Shown: positions 57,799-64,000 of the stretch, in pieces
How the letters are laid out: every line of letters starts with the position of its first letter
Numbering within the stretch: the first letter of the stretch is position 1
Assembly: GCA_021796415.1 (NCBI GenBank)
Contig: JAJYJC010000001.1
Coordinates: 18,742 to 82,741 of the forward strand
Direction of reading: 5' to 3'
DNA from: a bacterium
GTDB taxonomy: Bacteria > Patescibacteriota > CPR2 > UBA1875 > JAJYID01
DNA: 64,000 bases
Translations under genes and position numbers: made by a program
Notes under the pieces: model-generated
Databases searched by the model: none
The model's input: only the letters and a program-made list of their open reading frames with translations
Told to the model about the DNA's origin: nothing

Positions 57799-59118
57799 AT
57801 GGAAAAGTTATTGAAATTAATTAAAAAAATTATTCCCAAGCCGGTTTTCTTGTTTTTCCAACCGGCATACCATTTCCTTCTCGCTGTAACCGGCAATGTA
57901 TTGTATCGTTTTCCGGGATATAAACTGATCGTCATCGGAGTTACCGGCACAAACGGCAAAAGCACAACGTGCGATCTTATCGCAAGGATTCTAAAGGAAT
58001 CTAATGAGTTGGTGGGCATGATATCAACAGTGTCTATAGAAATTGCCGGGAAGAGATACGACAACGTCACAAACCGCACAACCCTAGGCAGATGGAAAAC
58101 CCACAAACTGATGCGCCAAATGGTTCGGCAAAATTGCAAATATGCGGTTATCGAGGTAGCAAGCGAAGGGATCGCCTGGTACCGAATCTTTGGCATACCT
58201 TTTGATGCGGCGGTTTACACCAATCTTTCGCCCGAACATTTGAACTTCCACAAAACGATGGAAAACTATCGAAACACCAAAGGCAAACTGTTTGCCAAAC
58301 TGGACAGTCCCTTCAATTTCAAGAAGACCAAGAGAGTAAGCATAGTCAATGCCGACGATAAAGAAGCGCCGTATTTCTCCGGTTTCAAAGCAGGTGAAAA
58401 AATGACTTACGGTATAAAAAACGGCTCTGTGCGAGCAAAAAATATTGAACACTTGCCAAGCTGTATAAACTACCAAATTGAAAATGGAGCAACTATCACC
58501 GGTGTCACAACAAAGACGATAGGGGAATTTAATGTCTACAACGAGCTGGCGGCATTTTGCGTCGGTCTTGCATACGGCATAAAGCCGGAAATTATGGCAA
58601 AGGCTTTCAAAAATTTTGCCGGAACAAAGGGCCGGGTTGAAAAAATTGAGGAAGGACAGAAGTTCCAAGTCATTGTGGACTACGCCCACACCCCGGATGC
58701 CCAAGAGAAGGTCTACACCGAGCTTCGCAGATTTTCAAAAGGCAGGATAATCAGCGTTTTTGGAGCAACGGGGGATAAAGATAGGGGAAAAAGACCTGAA
58801 ATGGGAAGGGTGGCAGCTCATCTGACAGACATTGCCATCATTACCGATGATGAAACATACGGTGAAAAATCAGAGAAGATTATTCAAGAAATATATGCGG
58901 GTGTGCCTCAAAAACTGCAAAAAAAGGTCAAAATAGTACCGGATAGATTTGCCGCTATCAAGGAGGCGCTTTTAATTGCGCGCCCTGAGGATATCGTCAT
59001 TATCACTGGTATAGGCCACCAAAAATATAGAATTATGGGTGGCAAAAGAACCGGGTGGAATGAAAGAAAAATCGTTTCAGATTTGTTAAAAAATTTAAAG
59101 AAAAGAAAGGTAAAATAA
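57799..59118 (+). CDS. murE: UDP-N-acetylmuramoyl-tripeptide synthetase (Mur ligase; MurE-like)
   Basis: Contains VIGVTGTNGKSTT and the Mur ligase middle and C-terminal domains. Confidence 0.75.
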   Translation: MEKLLKLIKKIIPKPVFLFFQPAYHFLLAVTGNVLYRFPGYKLIVIGVTGTNGKSTTCDLIARILKESNELVGMISTVSIEIAGKRYDNVTNRTTLGRWKTHKLMRQMVRQNCKYAVIEVASEGIAWYRIFGIPFDAAVYTNLSPEHLNFHKTMENYRNTKGKLFAKLDSPFNFKKTKRVSIVNADDKEAPYFSGFKAGEKMTYGIKNGSVRAKNIEHLPSCINYQIENGATITGVTTKTIGEFNVYNELAAFCVGLAYGIKPEIMAKAFKNFAGTKGRVEKIEEGQKFQVIVDYAHTPDAQEKVYTELRRFSKGRIISVFGATGDKDRGKRPEMGRVAAHLTDIAIITDDETYGEKSEKIIQEIYAGVPQKLQKKVKIVPDRFAAIKEALLIARPEDIVIITGIGHQKYRIMGGKRTGWNERKIVSDLLKNLKKRKVK

Positions 59119-60474
59119 ATGCCCACGCAATCAAGCATTAATCCCAAGATTTTTAAAGCTTATGACATAAGAGCGCTCTATCCCGAGGAAATTAACGAAG
59201 AAGCAGCCTACAAGATAGCCAAAGCATATGCCGCCTGGCTAAAGCCCAAAAAGGTAGCACTCGGCTATGATGTGCGCACTTCAAGCAAACCTCTTTTTGA
59301 GGAAGTAAAGAGGGGGCTTACTGAAATGGGCGTGGAGGTTTTTGATGTCGGCCTTATCACAAGCGACATGATAGTCTTTGCTACGGGAAATTATAATCTG
59401 GACGGGGGCATCGTTGTGACTGCTTCCCACAATCCGGCTGAATATAACGGCATGAAGCTTTACCGCGAAAATGCGGCGCCAATTTCGATAGATAGCGGCC
59501 TGGCGGAAATCCGGGATATCGCGCTTGCCGGAAAGTTCCCGGAGAGTAGCGCGCTTGGCAAAGTTACAAAGTTGGAAATAAAAGCAGATTACTTGAAAAA
59601 GGTTTTCTCGCTCGTTGACACATCAAAAATCAAACCGATGAAAGTGGTGGTCAATCCAAATTTCGGGGCAGCGGGAGAAATGATTGAGCATATTGCGAAA
59701 AAACTAAACCTTGAGCTAGTCAAGCTAAACTTTGAGCCTGACGGCACTTTTCCGAAAGGCCAGCCCGACCCTTCACAACTTGAAAACCAGAAGGAAACCG
59801 GTGAGCTGGTCAGAAAGTCCGGCGCTGCTTTTGCCGCCATGTGGGACGCTGATGCCGACAGATGCCTTTTCCTGGATGAAAACGGTGAGTTTGTGATGGG
59901 CTGCTATGCCACAGCTATTCTGGCAGAGGCAATGCTTGATCAGCACCCGAAGTCAAAAATCGTATTTGACACAACCCTCATCTGGCCGGCAATAGACAGA
60001 GTCACAGCTGCCGGAGGTGTGCCTCTGGTAAATAAGGTGGGGCATCCGTTCATTAAAGAGCGAATGAAAAAAGAAGATGCCATTTTCGGCGGGGAAACAT
60101 CAGGGCATTTTTACTTCAAGAATTATTGGTATTGCGATAACGGGATGGTGCCGTTTCTTTTAATGTTAAAAAAGCTAAGCACTTCCGGCAAAAAGATGTC
60201 AGATTTGGCAAACTACCTGAGAAATAAATACCCAAACGGATTCAAGCTAATCCGAAAAGAAGAAGGAATTCCCGAGAAACTAAAGGAAATCGAAAAGAAA
60301 TATGCCGACGCTAAAATCGAGCACATCGACGGGGTTTCGGTCGAATATCCGGATTGGAGATTTAATGCCAGAGCTTCAAACACCGAGCCTCTGCTCAAGG
60401 TCTTCCTTGAGGCAAAAAGCCAAAAACTAGTTGATGAAAAACTAAAAGAGGTGGTTGATTTAATCGAGAACTAG
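59119..60474 (+). CDS. Phosphomannomutase/phosphoglucomutase family protein
   Basis: Contains TASHNPAEYNGMKL (the active-site Ser loop). The architecture is alpha-D-phosphohexomutase. Confidence 0.8.
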   Translation: MPTQSSINPKIFKAYDIRALYPEEINEEAAYKIAKAYAAWLKPKKVALGYDVRTSSKPLFEEVKRGLTEMGVEVFDVGLITSDMIVFATGNYNLDGGIVVTASHNPAEYNGMKLYRENAAPISIDSGLAEIRDIALAGKFPESSALGKVTKLEIKADYLKKVFSLVDTSKIKPMKVVVNPNFGAAGEMIEHIAKKLNLELVKLNFEPDGTFPKGQPDPSQLENQKETGELVRKSGAAFAAMWDADADRCLFLDENGEFVMGCYATAILAEAMLDQHPKSKIVFDTTLIWPAIDRVTAAGGVPLVNKVGHPFIKERMKKEDAIFGGETSGHFYFKNYWYCDNGMVPFLLMLKKLSTSGKKMSDLANYLRNKYPNGFKLIRKEEGIPEKLKEIEKKYADAKIEHIDGVSVEYPDWRFNARASNTEPLLKVFLEAKSQKLVDEKLKEVVDLIEN

Positions 60475-60508
60475 GGTTATTCCGCTGCAAGGGTCGGACC
60501 CTTGCAAA

Positions 60509-61696
60509 CTAGAGGCCTAGACCGACGGCCTTTTTGACGCGGGACAATGTGTCTTTTGCGCGAGGCGCGACCGCTTCGGCGCCATCGGCGAGAATTTTGC
60601 GAACTTTATCTTCATTTTTATCGTACTCGGCAAGTTTTGCTTGAATGGGTTTTAACATTTCGATCACACATTCGGCAACATCAGCTTTAAACTGGCCGTA
60701 ATTTGAGCTTGCATACTTCTTTTCGAGATCGGAAATCGGAATTTCGGTACAAACTGACATAATGTTTAAGAGATTTGAAATGCCAGGTTTCTTTTCTTTA
60801 TCGAATTTAATTTTATTGTCGGAATCTGTGACCGCACGGGCAAATTTCTTGCGAATCGTTTCGGCATCGTCGCGAAGAAGCACATAGCTGTTTTCGTTCT
60901 GGTCGCTTTTGGACATCTTCTTGGTCGGATCAGTAAGGCTCATGATGCGAGCACCCTCTTTTTTAATCACCGGTTGCGGTACAACCACAACTTTGCCGAC
61001 TCGCTTATTTAATCTTTGGGCAATATCGCGAGCGATTTCAACGTGCTGCTTCTGGTCCTCGCCAACCGGCACTTCCTCGGTGTCGTACAGCAAGATATCT
61101 CCGGCCATAAGTACCGGATAGTCAAAAAGCCCAACAGTTGATACACCCTCAAGTTTATCAATAACTCCATCCAGAATGTCATCAACCAGACCTTTATTCA
61201 CTATTTGGTCTAATTGTTTCTGGATGGTTAGTTCCATCTTCAACCCATCAAAAGGTCCTTCTTGACTCGGCAATTTATAATTTTTTACCAATTCTTCTCT
61301 TATTTTTTCTTGTACAAATTGCCTTAACACATGCAAATTAACATCTAGCCCAGATTTCTGCTTATACTGAATCATTTTTTTCAGTTCACCCATACGTGTA
61401 AAGCAATTCAAGATCCAGGCCATTTCAGAGTGTTCCGGCCGTTCTGATTGGACAAAAAGTGTGGATTTCTTCGGGTCAATGCCGGAGGCCAGGAGAACTT
61501 TGGCAAGCTCCATGGTATTTGCCTTCAATTTATTTGGATCCTGAGGAACAGTTATGGCGTGAAGGTCGACAATACAAAAGATGTTATCGTGCGCGTCTTG
61601 CCCGCGAACCCAATTCACGATGGCGCCCAGATAGTTGCCGATATGAAGATCGCCGCTTGGCTGAATGCCTGAAAAAACTCTTTTCTTATTGCTCAT
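60509..61696 (-). CDS. trpS: Tryptophanyl-tRNA synthetase
   Basis: Contains FSGIQPSGDLHIGNYLGAI and KMSKS. There is an internal insertion relative to ~330-aa TrpRS. Confidence 0.8.
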   Translation of the reverse strand: MSNKKRVFSGIQPSGDLHIGNYLGAIVNWVRGQDAHDNIFCIVDLHAITVPQDPNKLKANTMELAKVLLASGIDPKKSTLFVQSERPEHSEMAWILNCFTRMGELKKMIQYKQKSGLDVNLHVLRQFVQEKIREELVKNYKLPSQEGPFDGLKMELTIQKQLDQIVNKGLVDDILDGVIDKLEGVSTVGLFDYPVLMAGDILLYDTEEVPVGEDQKQHVEIARDIAQRLNKRVGKVVVVPQPVIKKEGARIMSLTDPTKKMSKSDQNENSYVLLRDDAETIRKKFARAVTDSDNKIKFDKEKKPGISNLLNIMSVCTEIPISDLEKKYASSNYGQFKADVAECVIEMLKPIQAKLAEYDKNEDKVRKILADGAEAVAPRAKDTLSRVKKAVGLGL

Positions 61697-61828
61697 GGCT
61701 ATAAATATAGCAGGGAAAGGCACATTAGTAAACATTAGGCTTTGGTCCACTAAACTGGTTTAGTGTATTTGGAAATCCTTCCGTTACACTAATATGTATT
61801 AGTGTAACGACCTATTAAAATCTTAATA

Positions 61829-61851
61829 GATTCTGGACAAGCCAGAATGAC
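61829..61851. repeat. Hairpin repeat (type B)
   Basis: gattctggacaagccagaatgac. Confidence 0.7.
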
Positions 61852-61867
61852 GAATTATAATTGAATT

Positions 61868-62137
61868 ATGGAATTAAACGATATAAGAGACGGGATCGAC
61901 AAAATTGATAATCAAATTTTCGATTTAATTGTCGAGCGCGTCGATCTTGCAAGGGAAGTCGTAAAGGCCAAAAGCGCGCTTGGAAAACCGATTTATGACG
62001 CCGAGAGGGAAAAGGTTGTGATCGGTAAGCAAGTCGAAAAAGCAGAAAAGCTAGGGCTGCCAACAGAGTTTGTGGCTGACATTTATAAAGCATTGATTCG
62101 CGGCTGCACCAAGGTAGAAGAAGAACTAGGGGACTAA
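61868..62137 (+). CDS. Chorismate mutase (AroQ class), small stand-alone
   Basis: Contains IRDGIDKIDNQIFDLIVERVDLAREVVKAK, with the CM_2 helix pattern. Confidence 0.55.
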   Translation: MELNDIRDGIDKIDNQIFDLIVERVDLAREVVKAKSALGKPIYDAEREKVVIGKQVEKAEKLGLPTEFVADIYKALIRGCTKVEEELGD

Positions 62138-62147
62138 ACTGCCTATC

Positions 62148-62219
62148 TGTCATTCTGGGGACGAAGGACTCCAGAATCTAAAGCGCATATATCCTTGATT
62201 CTGGACAAGCCAGAATGAC
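62148..62219. repeat. Composite hairpin repeat
   Basis: gtcattctggggacgaaggactccagaatc followed by gattctggacaagccagaatgac. Confidence 0.7.
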
Positions 62220-62315
62220 AATTATGAAAATATTGACAAAGATTTTACGCTTTGTTATATTGATTTAGCACTCGTGGGGGTAAGAGTGCTAATTTGAACT
62301 AAAATATTATTAAAT

Positions 62316-62368
62316 GTCATCCTGAGTGAAACGAAGGATCCAGAGATTCTTCCTTGTTTCAGAATGAC
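62316..62368. repeat. Hairpin repeat immediately upstream of groES
   Basis: gtcatcctgagtgaaacgaaggatccagagattcttccttgtttcagaatgac. Confidence 0.7.
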
Positions 62369-62388
62369 GAATTTGAGGAGAATATTAT

Positions 62389-62652
62389 ATGGCAAAACTA
62401 AAACCATTGGGCTACAAAATTATTGTGGAACGCCAAGCAGCAAGCGAGAAGACCGCTGGCGGAATTGTCATACCCGACAATGCAAAAGAGAAGCCGGAGC
62501 AGGGCAAAGTTATCGCAGTAGGCAAAGACGTCGAGGAAGTAAAAGTTGGCGATACTATTATTTTGGGAAAATTCGCCGCCACAGAAGTCAAAATTAACGG
62601 AAATGAATATTTAATTGTAAGGGAAAAAGAAGTTTTAGCAATTATTTCATAA
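62389..62652 (+). CDS. groES: Co-chaperonin GroES
   Basis: Contains KPLGYKIIVERQAASEKTAGGIVIPDNAKEKPEQGKVIAVG. Confidence 0.9.
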   Translation: MAKLKPLGYKIIVERQAASEKTAGGIVIPDNAKEKPEQGKVIAVGKDVEEVKVGDTIILGKFAATEVKINGNEYLIVREKEVLAIIS

Positions 62653-62685
62653 TTTCAAATCCCAATTAATCAATCCCAAAAAAAT

Positions 62686-62708
62686 GATTCTGGCCAAGCC
62701 AGAATGAC
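62686..62708. repeat. Hairpin repeat between groES and groEL
   Basis: gattctggccaagccagaatgac. Confidence 0.7.
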
Positions 62709-62741
62709 AGGATGGAATTAGTAGATTAGTATCATTAGTAA

Positions 62742-64000
<1,259 letters not shown>

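Noticed and set aside
6237-62708. Possible CRISPR array, given the many short palindromic repeats
   Set aside because: The repeats are irregularly spaced (kilobases apart, or adjacent in pairs), heterogeneous in core sequence, and often intragenic. There is no regular repeat-spacer periodicity and no cas genes. They are REP/MITE-like hairpins, not CRISPR.

Overview
This window looks like low-GC (~40%) chromosomal DNA from a reduced-genome bacterium with CPR/Patescibacteria-like gene content. Most genes are on the minus strand.

The main coding content, in order:
- A split ComEC, followed by a XerC/D-type tyrosine recombinase.
- A large type IV pilus super-locus (about 3.2-17.9 kb): four minor pilins, prepilin peptidase PilD, two major-type pilins, and pilMNO-pilB-pilT-pilC. 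No secretin is present.
- An AbiEi/AbiEii toxin-antitoxin cassette inserted next to pilD.
- Secreted and repeat-containing proteins, then ychF, a GT2 + GT-C-like glycosyltransferase pair, tlyA, efp, and rpsF-ssb-rpsR.
- A CDF-family transporter, recX / recA, lexA, RNase J, a family-4 UDG, and an HTH-PRTase regulator.
- A roughly 2.8 kb high-GC (~55-60%) three-gene island of unknown function that includes a DHH-motif protein.
- A four-helix-bundle protein, a TrmB-like regulator, a 919-aa protein with a methyltransferase domain, a metallophosphoesterase, pnp-rpsO, and a TPR protein.
- valS with a candidate T-box leader, tsaD, a FemAB-family protein, murE, a PMM/PGM, trpS, a chorismate mutase, and groES-groEL (the latter runs off the window end).

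The most striking property is a very dense family of short hairpin repeats (more than 35 copies) with conserved GTCATTC...GAATC / GATTC...GAATGAC termini. I draw three conclusions from them:
- Inverted pairs of these hairpins flank five copies of a 95-aa GIY-YIG nuclease gene, two of which are 100% identical. This is a REPIN/RAYT-like arrangement built around a GIY-YIG nuclease rather than an HUH transposase.
- Single hairpins are inserted in-frame into at least seven housekeeping genes.
- Hairpins extend or alter the termini of at least three other genes.

These repeats, the high-GC island, and the AbiE insertion are the best candidates for novel biology in this window.
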